The position numbers were made by a program, and so were the translations under genes. DNA of 64,000 nucleotides from Eledone cirrhosa (lineage: Eukaryota): assembly GCA_964016885.1 (NCBI GenBank), contig OZ024743.1, forward strand, positions 66,092,001 to 66,156,000, in the 5' to 3' direction. The notes below the pieces were generated by a model. It did not search any database. It was given only the letters and a program-made list of their open reading frames with translations, and was not told the origin of the DNA. Within the stretch, counting starts at the first letter, position 1. Each line of letters begins with the position of its first letter. Below are positions 41,422-54,655 of this stretch, piece after piece.

Positions 41422-41780
41422 GACCAAAAACATCCAACACCCTCTTCAATCACACGCTGGACAATGCAATTTTGTGCGTAAGAGTGGCTAGCTGGTTTGG
41501 AATATTTCATAATATTGAGCCCAGTTTGTACAACAGCTGAGAACAAACATCTGGAAAGATGTATATGGGACAATAAAAAACGGAGACAGGAGACAATTGA
41601 GAGTGTCTCGAAAGAGAAATATATGTTTTTGCTCCTTCGGAACACGTATTTCGTTTTATTTTGGTTGGCAACTTTGCTATCTATAACTACTGTAACGCTT
41701 AACACTCATTCTTTGAATACATATATGTATATAAAGATCTCTCTCTCTTTCAAATAAACACACACACACGCACGCGCACG

Positions 41781-42075
<295 letters not shown>

Positions 42076-42297
42076 TATATATAATATATATATATTAGGA
42101 TATATCGGGGGCCGATGGCTGAGTTCTTGCCCTTTCGACAGATAATTTCTACACTAATATCGTGACACTCTACTATCCCAGGTATCGAGTACTCTGCTGA
42201 ATAATGGTCTTACTAGTTTAATACTATATATATATTTGTGTATGTATGTATATAGATAGATATATAAATAGATAAAGAGACACATGTATATATATAT

Positions 42298-42559
42298 AAA
42301 AGTCAGCTCAAAAGTGACACAGAGGAGACTGAGGTTGGCTGGACATGCTCACCGACATCCAGAGTTGACATTGCACTCAGTGCTCCTTTGGGAGCCCCTA
42401 CATGGACACACTAGAAGAGGAAGACCAAGGTTAACATATGTTGATGCCCTAAGGACAGACACTGGTCTGTTGGAGATGCAGGATATGGCAGCGATAATGA
42501 GGGACAGAGACCGCTGGAGAGAACTCGTCCATGGATCTCGGGAATTTTACCCGCCTTAG
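42298..42559 (+). pseudogene. RTE/RTEX-like LINE 3' end; stop codon runs directly into a (TAGA)n tail
   Basis: [39 protein letters not shown]. Confidence 0.8.
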
Positions 42560-42610
42560 ATAGATAGATAGATATATACGTATATATATATTTATATATA
42601 TACATACATA

Positions 42611-42681
<71 letters not shown>

Positions 42682-42708
42682 GTGTCTCTTTATCTATTTA
42701 TATATCTA

Positions 42709-42834
<126 letters not shown>

Positions 42835-43219
42835 TGTATATATATATATATGTATATATACATATATATGTATGTATGTATGTATATATATATATATATA
42901 TGGTGTTTGTCTACTTCTAAAAAATGTACCGCTCTTTATCTGAATGCGTTCATGTTTGTCATTTTGTCCCCTCTCTCTTTACCACTTACTCTCCCCTCTC
43001 TCTCTCTTCCTCTCTATCTCTGCTTACCTGCCTGCCACTAATTATACTTACATTGTCTCAGGTAGTGTATGGTAAAACTCCAAAGATATACCGGTTAGGC
43101 TTACATTTTGTCAACAAAACTGTCCGGGACCTTTTAAGGTGCTTGACAACCAAGGAGATCCCTCTTAATTGAGCTTGAACGGCCGTCGCCAGCCGGGATA
43201 TCTATGATTAATAGTGCAC

Positions 43220-43228
43220 AGCAGCAGC

Positions 43229-43268
<40 letters not shown>

Positions 43269-43274
43269 AGAGTA

Positions 43275-43336
<62 letters not shown>

Positions 43337-43469
43337 GGTGGTTTCTTTGATAATGGTTAACAGCCTGGTCAGGAAATAGTAGCTTTGACGCTTTGTTTAC
43401 CATCGACCAAGATACAGTTGTAATATGTTGTTGATGATGATGATGGTGAGGGTGTGGGTGTTGATGATG

Positions 43470-43501
<32 letters not shown>

Positions 43502-43892
43502 GTTAATGATGATGATGGTGGTGATGATGTTGATGATGATGTTGATGATGATGATGATGATGGTGATGATAATGTTGATGATGATGGTGGTGATGATGAT
43601 GGTGGTGATGATGATGGTCATGATGGTAATAATGGTGATGATGATGTTGATGATGATGATGATGATGATTATGATGTTGATTGTATTGGTGATGATGATG
43701 ATGATGATGAGAGTGGTGATGATCATGATAGTAATGAAGACGATGATGATGATGATGATTGTGCTGGTGACGATGATGATGATGTGGAGATGATAATGCT
43801 ACTGCTGCCCCCCCCCCGTCACGCAATCTCTGCAGTTACACACCTGAGACAGGTGGAATGAAGCCAAGTAATGCAAGGGAAAACATTGGCAA

Positions 43893-43930
<38 letters not shown>

Positions 43931-43987
43931 GTGCTGCTGCTGTTGCTGCTGCTACTACTACTACTACTACTACTACTACTGCTGCTG

Positions 43988-44062
<75 letters not shown>
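43220..44062. repeat. (TAG)n, (GAT)n, (CTA)n and (TAA)n microsatellites
   Basis: Direct reading. Confidence 0.92.
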
Positions 44063-44064
<2 letters not shown>

Positions 44065-44368
44065 TGTTTCTACTTTAGGCACAAGGCCATCAATTACCCA
44101 GTACATTACTGGTACTTTATTTTATCGACCCCGTAAGGATGAAAGGCAAAGTTAACCTCGGCAGGATTTGAACTCAGACCATAAAGGGAGGTAACTATGC
44201 TGGAAAGCATAGCGTCCTTCTAATAATAATAATTGTTTCTGATTTAGGAACAAGTCCGATAATCTTTGGTAGAAGGGGAAAGTCGATTAAATTGACGCCA
44301 GTGCGTTACTGGTACTATATTTGATCGACATCATAAGGATGAAAGGCAAAGCTAACCTCGGCGGGATT
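44062..44368 (-). mobile_element. Two tRNA-derived SINE copies
   Basis: Family signature at 44062-44217 and 44231-44368. Confidence 0.82.
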
Positions 44369-45441
44369 AATAATAATCATAATTTATTTTATTTTCCTCA
44401 AGGGAATCGGATGGAGGAGACGTTACAAAGACAAGTTACAACTTGAAGGTGGGGTTTACTTAGAAATTAGAACAAAATGGGTAACAAGTATACATAGTAT
44501 ACAAGTTAGGCATATATAGTATATAATTATAAGAAGCATTCGGTCCTCCTGGTACACAGAGCTGAATATCTAATGCTAATCGAGGTATACTAGAGATCCC
44601 CTATCACCATGATCACTGAGGACGATTGCCCTGTACCAACTGTCGTTGTCCGACCAACAAACACAAGCTGATATTAAACTCATTTACTCTTGCCATTTTT
44701 GCTACACTGAGGTACTTTTTAGTACCACCTTCAACTTCCTTTCCAAGTGAAACCTGAAAAGGCCTATGACAACTTATATCACGTGAGATAACAGCTGTTC
44801 AACTTAAACCCTCAAATCATCAAAGCACATACTCTAAACCTCTCCCTGTCAGGCGGTATGATCGTCCTGCCTGCATCTATGAGAGGTTCAGGACCTGGGG
44901 TCTCCTGTACAGTTAATATCTTTAATAGCACTGCGGTAAAAAAGGGATTGGCAGTTGCCCATAATCACTGATTTGAAAGTACGGGAAAAGAACATCCTCA
45001 CAGGGGCCCCAAATATCTCACAGTCGCATATATACTCTTTTAAATTTCTATAGATTATATACACCCTTTGTGTGTCAAACTTATGCTTACCAGAAGAGGT
45101 CGCAGGCCGATCACCATTTTTTCATCACTAGATGGAAACTGTAATATGTTTTTAATGGACCATTTTATCCTAAGGGCAGAACGCGTGATCTGTTACGCTG
45201 AGTGAAGGATCATTGAATTTATTGTATCTGACCATACGGCAGATGTTGGTGATCTTATTCGTCTTAGTCACCAAATTGTTAATTTTCTCAGACGCGCGAT
45301 GACTAGGTTTTATATTTAGAGGCGGCCTTTACTCGCGTCATTCTAACTACTTTTCCTTTCATCCTTTGGAGGTCGGTAGAAAAATACCAGTCCACTACTA
45401 GGGTGGATACCAACTTTTATATCATCTTTCATACTTCCTAT

Positions 45442-45553
<112 letters not shown>

Positions 45554-45978
45554 GCACACACACACACACACACACACATACACACACACATACACGCACA
45601 CATACACACACAGTCATTCACTCTCTCTCTCTCTTTCACCTTTTATAGAAATCGGCTGTTTAAAATTGCCCAAGACGCGTTGTATGTCATTATGGCGTCC
45701 CTGAGACTCCATCTGAAATTTCCGCTCCAATCTCTCACCTTTTCTGGAAATCGGCTGCGTTTAAAACTGCCCAACACATGCTGTATGTCAAGATGACGCC
45801 CCTAGGACTCCACTAGGAGTTAAGGATCCATCATATATATACTGGGTATATTTCTTCTTCTTCACACTTTCTCTCTCTCTCACCTTTTCTGGAGATCGGG
45901 TGAGTTTTAAAATGCCCAAGACATGTCACGATGACGCCCCTAGGACTCCATCAGACGTAACAGCTTCATCATCATCAT

Positions 45979-46029
<51 letters not shown>

Positions 46030-47006
46030 CAGGGTATATTTCTGAAATATTGTCTATTCTTCTTTTCCTTCTCTTTGTCATTGTCTTATCTGTTGACCAA
46101 CGTTTACAACTTTCATTGTTTCATACATCACCAAAGAAGGAAATTGTAATAACCAATCTATAATGTCGACCAACATCTAGAAAAGTACTTTTGTTTTGTT
46201 TTGTTTCTGTGTATTTAGTGTTTTTATTGTGTTTCTGCTCTCATTGTTATTATATATATTTTTTCTTCCAATATTGTAAATTCGTTTTTATCACTTATAT
46301 ATTTATTTAGATTTGGTTTCCTCTCTCCAACTCCATTTCCATAGTCAAGCCACCTCTTCTCTTTGTTTATGTTGCGAAGCACGAAACAAACGTACAAAGT
46401 AAATCATAAAAAAGAAACTTCACTACTTCGTTAGACGCTTCAGTGCATCAGCAAACATCACCGGGATTAAGACGACTGGCCGCTGTACAAAGCTTAATTT
46501 CTGATGGCGATATATAAATTATAATTAATGTAACAACATTACCAATATATATAAACATAACAAAAACACAAACACAAACATAATATCATCTAGGTGTTTT
46601 AACCACTAATCAACAGGTGAAAGAAAGACCCCCACATAATAATTTACATTACATCATATTTCAGTGTTTATCGTGGGTGTGTCTGGTTTACACACTTAGA
46701 AGGATGTTTAGTTCGGTATATATCTTGTCAATAAAACGATTAATTAGCAAGCTATTATTTCATTAATGAACTTTTTGTGTCCGTTAATGAAAGAAACCAT
46801 AGTAAAGATAAGAGAGACGAAAACCAAAAATTGAGTTTAAAAAAATTAATTGCTCATGGCTATCAATATTTCTATCTATTCAGCTTCCTATATTATATTT
46901 GTTTATTTGGCTATCTACCTACCTACCTACCTACCTACCTACCTACCTACCTACCTACCTACCTACCTACCTACCTACCTACCTACCTACCTACCTACCT
47001 ACCTAC

Positions 47007-47046
<40 letters not shown>

Positions 47047-47048
<2 letters not shown>

Positions 47049-47954
47049 GACCGATGCAGTCCTGGGTCAAGCAAAGACCAAGGAAAATGGGCGACTGGCA
47101 CATCGAATGGGCTCAGGTGCTCACAGTCCTCTGCGAAACGGACCCGGCGATCAGTGGAGACTCCACTTCGTCATTCTATAGAGGGTTGGTCCGCAGCAAG
47201 TGCGACGACGCGCTCGGAGAAACTCTAGGCGTAGAGGAGGACGAACTGGCCAGTCTGTTTGGTAGGAGCTTCTGCCCGGGACCGATGGACAACTTCCAAA
47301 AGTCCCTGGCTGCCATGCGTGCGAGACGAAGAAATCGTCGCGCACGCATTTGTACACTGCCCGGGCGTGACCGACCTGTGGGGTTATGTAGAACGACTAT
47401 TTTCGCGGGTGGGACTAATCCAGTTGGCCGCCGAATCCAGTGTCATGATCAAACCGCCACCCTCCTTCAAAAACGAGGGAGAGGCGGTTTTCCTATGTGT
47501 TATGGCTATGGTGAAAGAGGTTATATGGTGGACGAGGTTAAAAGGGCTGAGGTCAGACACCTTTCTCTCCGGCGAACAACTGATTCGTTTTATCAAATAA
47601 CATTTTGGAAGAAGAATCAGGATGGAGAGAGAGGGGCTGTACCCCAGCAAATTTTATAAAAGGTGAGTGAATGTGGCAAAGATGGCCCGAGTGGTTGGGC
47701 CTTCTCTCTATATAAGCCTGTAGGTTGAGGAAAAAGAGGAAGAGAGGAAGGGAGTACTCACTCTTGGTGCTCCTGGAGATGAAGGTTGTACATTGTTTCG
47801 GGGTGTGTACAACCCCTGTGTAACGCCTCCCCCTATTGGGGATTTCAATTGTTATTTGTTATTTTATTAATAGTTTTATTTTCATATGCCTGTATGTAAA
47901 CTCCCCATTTGTATTCGTCCCCTTCTTTTGTGCCCCAGTGGCTACTAAAGAAAT

Positions 47955-47956
<2 letters not shown>
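47047..47956 (+). pseudogene. Tx1-like LINE 3' fragment in (ATCT)n
   Basis: Homologous to 56611-57590 with an internal deletion; ends aaagaaattt(atct)n. Confidence 0.88.
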
Positions 47957-48026
<70 letters not shown>

Positions 48027-48072
48027 AGATATGTATGTGTGTATATACATGTATGTATGCATATATATGTAT

Positions 48073-48612
48073 AGGTGCTCTGAAACAGCTATATATATAT
48101 GAATGTATATAGTTAAAAGCATTTCGAAGACCTTATGTTATTGTTAGCTTTATCTCCCTTGTTTGCTGAAAATTAAAGTAAGTGAGACTGTCACTACTCT
48201 AAAACAATAGCATAAGGTCTTCGAAATGCTTTTAATTAAGCATACAGTGTATTGCAATATACACTATATATACATTCATATATATATAGCTATTTCAGAG
48301 CACCAATTCTAATTTTCAATTTCTGCTTGACCGGCAACCGCTCTGTATAATCAGTTTCTGACTATTTACTAGAATTCTATAAGAATCAAACATCCATGAT
48401 TTTCAGCAAATAGGAGGAGTAGTTAGCTTTGATAAGCATAAACAAATGCGAAACAGAGCTCTGTCAGCTTTATCTCCCCTGTTTGCTGAAAAAATTAAAG
48501 TAAGTGAGACTGTCACTACTCTAAAACAAGAGCATAAGGTCTTCGAAATGCTTTTAATTAAGCATACAGTGTATTGCAAAATACACTATATATACATTCA
48601 TATATATGTATG
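48073..48612 (+). mobile_element. Non-coding hammerhead-bearing unit (320-nt monomer, ~1.45 copies) with 5' inverted arm
   Basis: agctttatctccc... starts at both 48146 and 48466. 48073-48145 is the reverse complement of 48203-48304 with a ~30-nt skip. Confidence 0.82.
48425..48469 (+). ncRNA. Type I hammerhead, U3-A8 variant
   Basis: AGCT-TTGATAA-GCAT aaacaa ATGC-GAAA-CAGAGCTCTG-TC^AGCT; stem I extends via ttttcagcaaatagg/cctgtttgctgaaaa. Confidence 0.78.
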
Positions 48613-48622
48613 TATATACATG

Positions 48623-48736
<114 letters not shown>

Positions 48737-48749
48737 TATATATATATAT

Positions 48750-49300
48750 AAATTAGACAATTATCAAAGTTATGTTCAAATCATTTAATTGCTGACAATC
48801 GTTTCTTCCAAACATTCGTTTGGAGTCATCGGAGCATTATCAATAGTTGTACATATAATTAACCTCCTATTCAACTGAACAGTCATATAGATACATATAT
48901 ATTGATGTTGTGAGCAATTTCGTATTTACAGGGTGTAATGGATGCGACATATATTATACTTGAATTGTACAAAAATTCAAATTAAAAGCACAGAGTGGAA
49001 TACATGCGACAGATAATACAAGAGAATAGTCTAATAATTAAAGAGGCATTGAGAAAGAATGAGGACACTGGCAGTACATATGCAAGCGTGTAGAAAGAGC
49101 ACATGCGTTAGTCATATATATGAGAAGGAAACAAGCAAAGGTATTAGGCATATATAAATAAATAAATAAATACTGTATGGCAAAGGTATCACATAAAATA
49201 CCAAGCAAATGTGTTAGTATATTTGAACACTATCATCACATTACATCCGCCATACATTTTTAATATACTAACACATTTGGTTGGTATTTTATGTGATACC
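48750..49300 (-). mobile_element. Non-coding hammerhead-bearing element with fold-back at its 5' (right) end
   Basis: Inverted arms 49185-49222 and 49263-49300; HHR at 48790-48836. Confidence 0.6.
48790..48836 (-). ncRNA. Minimal type I hammerhead, U4C change (possibly decayed)
   Basis: Reverse complement: TGCT-CCGATGA-C-TCCAAAC gaat GTTTGGA-A-GAAA-CGATTG-TC^AGCA. Confidence 0.62.
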
Positions 49301-49412
49301 TAGTAACATTATTATTATTATTATTTTTTAGACACATATATATATTTCTAATTGAATGGGTTAGAAATAGACAAACACATAGACATACAGAGAGCTAGAC
49401 AGGTAGATAGAC

Positions 49413-49444
<32 letters not shown>

Positions 49445-49462
49445 CAATATATATATATATAG

Positions 49463-49516
<54 letters not shown>

Positions 49517-49678
49517 CGGTGATGAATTAGTTTTGCGAGGTTTTTTTATATGAAATCGTGTGTCGAAACAAATATTGTTATAGTTGGGGAGGGTCATATT
49601 TGTGTAATATTGCGAGAAGCGAAAACCAACCAAACAGTGAATGTGTTCTGTTATTAATTCTGGCAATATTACACAAAT

Positions 49679-51496
49679 ATGACCCTCCCCAAGTATAACA
49701 ATATTTGTTTCGACACACGATTTCATATAAAAAACCTCGCAAAACTAATTCATCGCCGCTATGGCATTAGCTTGTGCCAAGCTGAAAGGTTATTGAAAGA
49801 CACTGTTTTCTGTTATATAAAAACTACAATAACAAGAGAACAAATCCGCTTCTTAAAACACTGTGTTTCCTCCAAAATATACACAACAAACATATCAAAA
49901 CAAGTAAATAATTTATTATTGAACAAAACACAAGCTGAACGACTAAAACACACAATAACAGTTAATATGAAAAGAACAACATACACAAAAGTCAACGAAC
50001 TTTACAGACAGAAACGCATTAACGGTAAGGAAGTTCGAAATCTCACCACACCAAACGAGAGGGATAACTTCATGAGCGTCATCCGACGTGAAACGAAATA
50101 CGCCCGAAACGAATGCAATAGGCATTTCAATAAGAAATTAGAATGGATGAATAAGAAAAAACTACAAGAAAGGAAAATAGAATATTCTCAAAAATACCCA
50201 GATAACATCGACAATATCCGTATGACTGATGTAAAACTACCGGAAGAATTTACCAATGACCACACAGTAAATATTTATGGGAACACTTTAATCAGTGAAC
50301 AAGAACAACAAATCCTGCGGCTATCACCAAAATTTGCCATCTACAAAAAGATTAACCCTATGGAGTGCAAAACGGAGCTGGAAAAGTGTTTCACAAAAAT
50401 ACGTTGGAATGCAAAGGTAAACAACAACAACAACAACAATAATAACGGTAGTAGTAATATAAACAATAACTCTGAGTATAGAAATAACAGCCATAACAAT
50501 AACAATAGCAGGAAAGTGAGAAATAGTGATAATGGTAATAATACTAATGATAGACAGAACAACAACAACCACAATAATAATAATAATAGAAACATTAACC
50601 ACAGACACAGCAGCAGCGACCACAGTAGTAATAACGGTAACAATACGAACAACAACAACAATAACCACAGTGGTAATAATGGAAATAGTACATGTAGCAA
50701 CATTAATGAAAGACACAACAAAAACAAGAAACATAATAAAAGTAACAACCACAATGGTAGAAATAACAGTAACAACAACAATAACGGCGAAGTAAACAAC
50801 AATACATCTAGCAATCATAACAATAATAATAATGCTAATGATAGAAACAACAACAACCACCATGATAACAATAATAGCAACACACACAACTATGACGATA
50901 GATATAATGACAACCCCTTAGAGAAACTATTTTTCAACCCAGCTGACAAAACATATAATATGGGTAATATTTATCCTACGAGGTTACCCTTTAATAAAAG
51001 AGTTTGCATACCACAACAAATAGATGACGAGACAGAGGCACAGTTCACCATAGCTAGAAATAAGATTAGACAAATAGTAGACAGGTATACTAAGAGAAAG
51101 AGCAGACCAGACGCCCAACAACTTGGGAGGAAACCTGTAGAAGGCTTGGTTAGCCTCAAGCAGCGCACAAGGGATGTTGAGGTAGTATGTCTACCCACGG
51201 ATAAGTCTGGTAGGATGTCAATAGATAGCATGCCGAACTACATCAAGGCTATGCAACCCCACATCACCAACACGAGCGAAATTGCACAACAAACACACGA
51301 TGGGAGAGAGAAAATCCTCAACGCTCACATGATGATGTGGACTGACATCCTAAAGCCAAGCAGACGCACTGCCAACAACTTCCAGGCGTCTAACAATGGC
51401 ATACCACCCTTGTATGGGCTCCGCAAAGACCACAATACAGAGTCGACGACCCGACAACAGGACCACCAACAAGACCCGTATGCGGAGCTAATATAG
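49679..51496 (+). CDS. PLE polyprotein N-terminal part (Asn-rich insert, DKSG and LYGLRKDH motifs); frameshifted at ~51435
   Basis: 605-aa ORF with ILRLSPKFAI, CLPTDKSGRM and PPLYGLRKDH; continues in another frame as VDDPTTGPPTRPVCGAN. Confidence 0.88.
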   Translation: MTLPKYNNICFDTRFHIKNLAKLIHRRYGISLCQAERLLKDTVFCYIKTTITREQIRFLKHCVSSKIYTTNISKQVNNLLLNKTQAERLKHTITVNMKRTTYTKVNELYRQKRINGKEVRNLTTPNERDNFMSVIRRETKYARNECNRHFNKKLEWMNKKKLQERKIEYSQKYPDNIDNIRMTDVKLPEEFTNDHTVNIYGNTLISEQEQQILRLSPKFAIYKKINPMECKTELEKCFTKIRWNAKVNNNNNNNNNGSSNINNNSEYRNNSHNNNNSRKVRNSDNGNNTNDRQNNNNHNNNNNRNINHRHSSSDHSSNNGNNTNNNNNNHSGNNGNSTCSNINERHNKNKKHNKSNNHNGRNNSNNNNNGEVNNNTSSNHNNNNNANDRNNNNHHDNNNSNTHNYDDRYNDNPLEKLFFNPADKTYNMGNIYPTRLPFNKRVCIPQQIDDETEAQFTIARNKIRQIVDRYTKRKSRPDAQQLGRKPVEGLVSLKQRTRDVEVVCLPTDKSGRMSIDSMPNYIKAMQPHITNTSEIAQQTHDGREKILNAHMMMWTDILKPSRRTANNFQASNNGIPPLYGLRKDHNTESTTRQQDHQQDPYAELI

Positions 51497-51528
51497 CTAG
51501 TAACTACAGGATCTCCTACTTCCTCTCA

Positions 51529-53322
51529 ATGGTTATACGCCCCATAATCAAGATGTCCCCAGATGTATGTGACAGTACAGAGGACCTCCTCAGCATAATC
51601 AGTGAGTGCAACAAAAACAGGAACCTATCCAACTGCATAATAGGCAGCATGGATATGGTGTCACTGTACCCATCCATTAACATTGATTTTGCTGTGAAAA
51701 GATGTGTGGAGATGATCATTGAGAGTGAGGTGGAGTTCTGCAACGTCGACACAGACGAACTGGGCCTCCTACTTAGACTTACCTACGACACTGACTATCT
51801 AGACAGCCATGACCTTAGACGTTTCTGCCCTTGTAGACCTATAAGAAGTAGACCCCCCACCATAACCTCAATGCCAAAAAAGACTCCCATGGGAAGGTGG
51901 ATTGGGTGGACCAAAGCTATACGGACCCCCCAAAACAATGATCAGGTAAGAAAAATGGTCGCACATGCAATAGGGGCTAGTATCAAAACTACCCGAAAGG
52001 GCCACATATTTAAGTTCAACGAGAAGATCTACACCCAAAATGAGGGAGCAGCCATCGGCGTCAGCATAGCTGGTGACGTTGCCAACCTTTTCGTGGTATG
52101 GTGGGAAAGGAGACTTAAAGATCTCCTTAATGAGAGCTCCATAGACCTCATCATGTACTCTCGTTATGTAGACGATATCAATATAGTTATAAGAACACCC
52201 CCACTAGAGAGCACTAACAAGTTTGATTTAGAACGTAGCACGATGGAAAGCATCCAGCAGATAGCTAATTCCATACACCAGAGTATAACTGTAACTATCG
52301 ACTACCCTTCCAAACACCCTAACAATAGACTACATGTATTAGACACGGAACTCTGGATTAACACTATAGACGAGAGAGCCCAAATTCTCCACTCACACTA
52401 TGCTAAACCCATGGCCTCCAAATACATGATACTCAAAAACTCAGCAATGTCCAGTAGTGCTAAGTTTAATATTCTGATCGCAGATTTGGTACGAGTGATG
52501 AAGAATGTGTCCCGCATGTGCGACCCAACAGAAATGGAAAGACACATCCAACACTTCATCAACCGCATGCAGTTCTCTGGCTACAACCAAAGAGACAGAC
52601 TCAGAGTATACGAAGGAGCCATGGAGAAGTATAAGACCCTCATAGAACTGGACATGAAAGGAATTTGCTCATTATACAGGAGCACATCATGGAATAGCTT
52701 AGATAGGGCTAGACATAAGATAGGGAAAGCCACCTCATGGTACGACAACCAGAGATACCAGAGTGTCATGTTTGTGGACGCTACCCCTGGAGGGAAATTA
52801 GCTAACCAGTGTAGAAAGGCCCTGAGAAAGACCAACTTAAAAATTAAGGTGGTAGAAAAGCCAGGAACCACCATAAAATCCCTGATCAGCAAAACCTACC
52901 CTTTTAAGAAAACCCACTGCACCAATAGGAAATGTATCATATGTAAGGTAAACCCCCGGATAAACTGTAAAACTAGAAACGTAGTCTATAGCATAAGATG
53001 TACAGAGGGTACTTGCAGAAACATGACAACAACATACATAGGTGAGACAGCTCGTAGCATAGGTGAAAGGATAGACCAACACTGGGGGGAACTAAAAGGA
53101 CGAAAAAACGGGTCAGTACTATACGAACATGATAGACAACAACATGACGGTAACATAGACAACATAGAAATTAGAATAATATCTAAACATAGAAATGACC
53201 CAGCAGATAGGCAAATCAGAGAGGCCAGTGAAATAGAAATTAGAAGACCAAGACTAAACAGAAAGAATGAATGGAATAACACCAACACCCAAACAAACAA
53301 CACTGACCTAAGAGGAGTATAA
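51529..53322 (+). CDS. PLE reverse transcriptase + Cys-rich linker + GIY-YIG endonuclease
   Basis: GSMDMVSLYPSI, YTQNEGAAIGVSIAGDVANL, YSRYVDD, HCTNRKCIIC, VVYSIRC..C..YIGETAR..ER..QH; the frame is open from ~51440. Confidence 0.93.
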   Translation: MVIRPIIKMSPDVCDSTEDLLSIISECNKNRNLSNCIIGSMDMVSLYPSINIDFAVKRCVEMIIESEVEFCNVDTDELGLLLRLTYDTDYLDSHDLRRFCPCRPIRSRPPTITSMPKKTPMGRWIGWTKAIRTPQNNDQVRKMVAHAIGASIKTTRKGHIFKFNEKIYTQNEGAAIGVSIAGDVANLFVVWWERRLKDLLNESSIDLIMYSRYVDDINIVIRTPPLESTNKFDLERSTMESIQQIANSIHQSITVTIDYPSKHPNNRLHVLDTELWINTIDERAQILHSHYAKPMASKYMILKNSAMSSSAKFNILIADLVRVMKNVSRMCDPTEMERHIQHFINRMQFSGYNQRDRLRVYEGAMEKYKTLIELDMKGICSLYRSTSWNSLDRARHKIGKATSWYDNQRYQSVMFVDATPGGKLANQCRKALRKTNLKIKVVEKPGTTIKSLISKTYPFKKTHCTNRKCIICKVNPRINCKTRNVVYSIRCTEGTCRNMTTTYIGETARSIGERIDQHWGELKGRKNGSVLYEHDRQQHDGNIDNIEIRIISKHRNDPADRQIREASEIEIRRPRLNRKNEWNNTNTQTNNTDLRGV

Positions 53323-53554
53323 ATAAGTAAATAAAATAAAATAAATAAATAAATACATACACAAGCACAATAACAAGCACATAAACACACACTAGTCACC
53401 CATCACACATCAAACAAAACACTATACACACACGCAAACGCATGCGCAAAGAAGACAAAATACAATAAACAAACAAGCAAATAAATAAATAAATATATAG
53501 ACAGACTGAATAAAAATGGCGTAGACATACAATACAACAGGTGGAAAAAATAGC

Positions 53555-53596
53555 ACCACTGACGATGTTGCAGATGTGCAACGAAAGATTTATGAT
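53555..53596 (+). ncRNA. Minimal hammerhead-like motif in the 3' pLTR
   Basis: ACCA-CTGACGA-T-GTTGCA gatg TGCAAC-GAAA-GATT-TA^TGAT; aligns with 32939-32981; stem I imperfect. Confidence 0.58.
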
Positions 53597-53821
53597 AAAC
53601 TATATATGTGTGTTTGTGTCTATATTGTATCTGTATTATTTTTGACCGTCGGTCAGTCAATGGCAACATTGAGGACCGAGTAAGTTAGATTACCGATATA
53701 AAAGACACAGAAGCGAGAAGCGAAAACCAACCAAACAGTGAGTGTGTTCTGTTATTAATTCTGGCAATATTACACAAATATGACCCTCCCCAAGTATAAC
53801 TATATATATATATATATATAT

Positions 53822-53934
53822 ATAGCTCAGCCGTCGGGGTCCTACTCGTTCCTATTACCCACTCTACTACCCTAAGTATTGAGTACTTTGGTGTGTTATG
53901 GTCCACCTGGTTCCTTACCACATTTCCTTCGTTA
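53822..53934 (+). mobile_element. Family A 3' fragment
   Basis: gccgtcggggtcct...ttaccacatttccttcgtta. Confidence 0.7.
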
Positions 53935-54168
53935 TGTATATATATATATATATATATATATAGCAATATATATATATATAATAATAAAGTATGAATTCCT
54001 ACGTGTAAAAAATACATATAGGGAAGCAAGTATTATCCAACCGTATGTCAATGTGGTTCTATGGCGGGTTAATAAATTAACAAGCCAGAACATATAAAAT
54101 CAAGGTCTAGCAAATAGAGAAAAAGTTTTAAAATAAATTTTTAAAAATTCGCTGTACTTACTATATGT

Positions 54169-54250
54169 GCCTTTACCGCGGTTTCATGTTCCAGAATAAA
54201 CGGAAGATCCAAGCGGATTTATATTGAGAAGGGAGTAATCTTCAGAAGGT
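54169..54250 (-). ncRNA. Type I hammerhead (copy 1)
   Basis: Reverse complement: CCTT-CTGAAGA-T...T-GAAA-CCGCGG-TA^AAGGC. Confidence 0.7.
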
Positions 54251-54655
54251 TCTTCTCCCTCGGAGAATATAAAATTTCCGATTTCAAATCACAAACTGAC
54301 GCCATACAAAACCATTCCCAAATGAGAGCGGATGATGAAAGAAATAATTCTGTCTGGTGCCGTGTGCAAAGACAAAAGGCAGGGTGGACAGGTCAATGTC
54401 CTGCCACTAGAAATAGCAGCAGTCCAAACGGCCAAAATTTTATTTCTACCTTAGGGGGAGATTAATAATAATAAAGAATGAATTCCTACGTGTAAAAAAT
54501 ACATATAGGGAAGCAAGTATTATCCAACCGTATGTCAATGTGGTTCTATGGCGGGTTAATAAATTAACAAGCCAGAACATATAAAATCATGGTCTAGCAA
54601 ATAGAGAAAAAGTTTTAAAATAAATTTTAAAAAATTCGTTGTACTTATTATATGT

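Larger units (their letters stand above)
49513..53800 (+). mobile_element. Near full-length Penelope-like retroelement (Neptune-like, inferred)
   Basis: 5' inverted pLTR piece 49513-49613 mirrors 49663-49762. Direct repeat 49612-49699 = 53713-53800 (period 4101). RT + GIY-YIG ORF; (TA)n on both sides. Confidence 0.95.
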
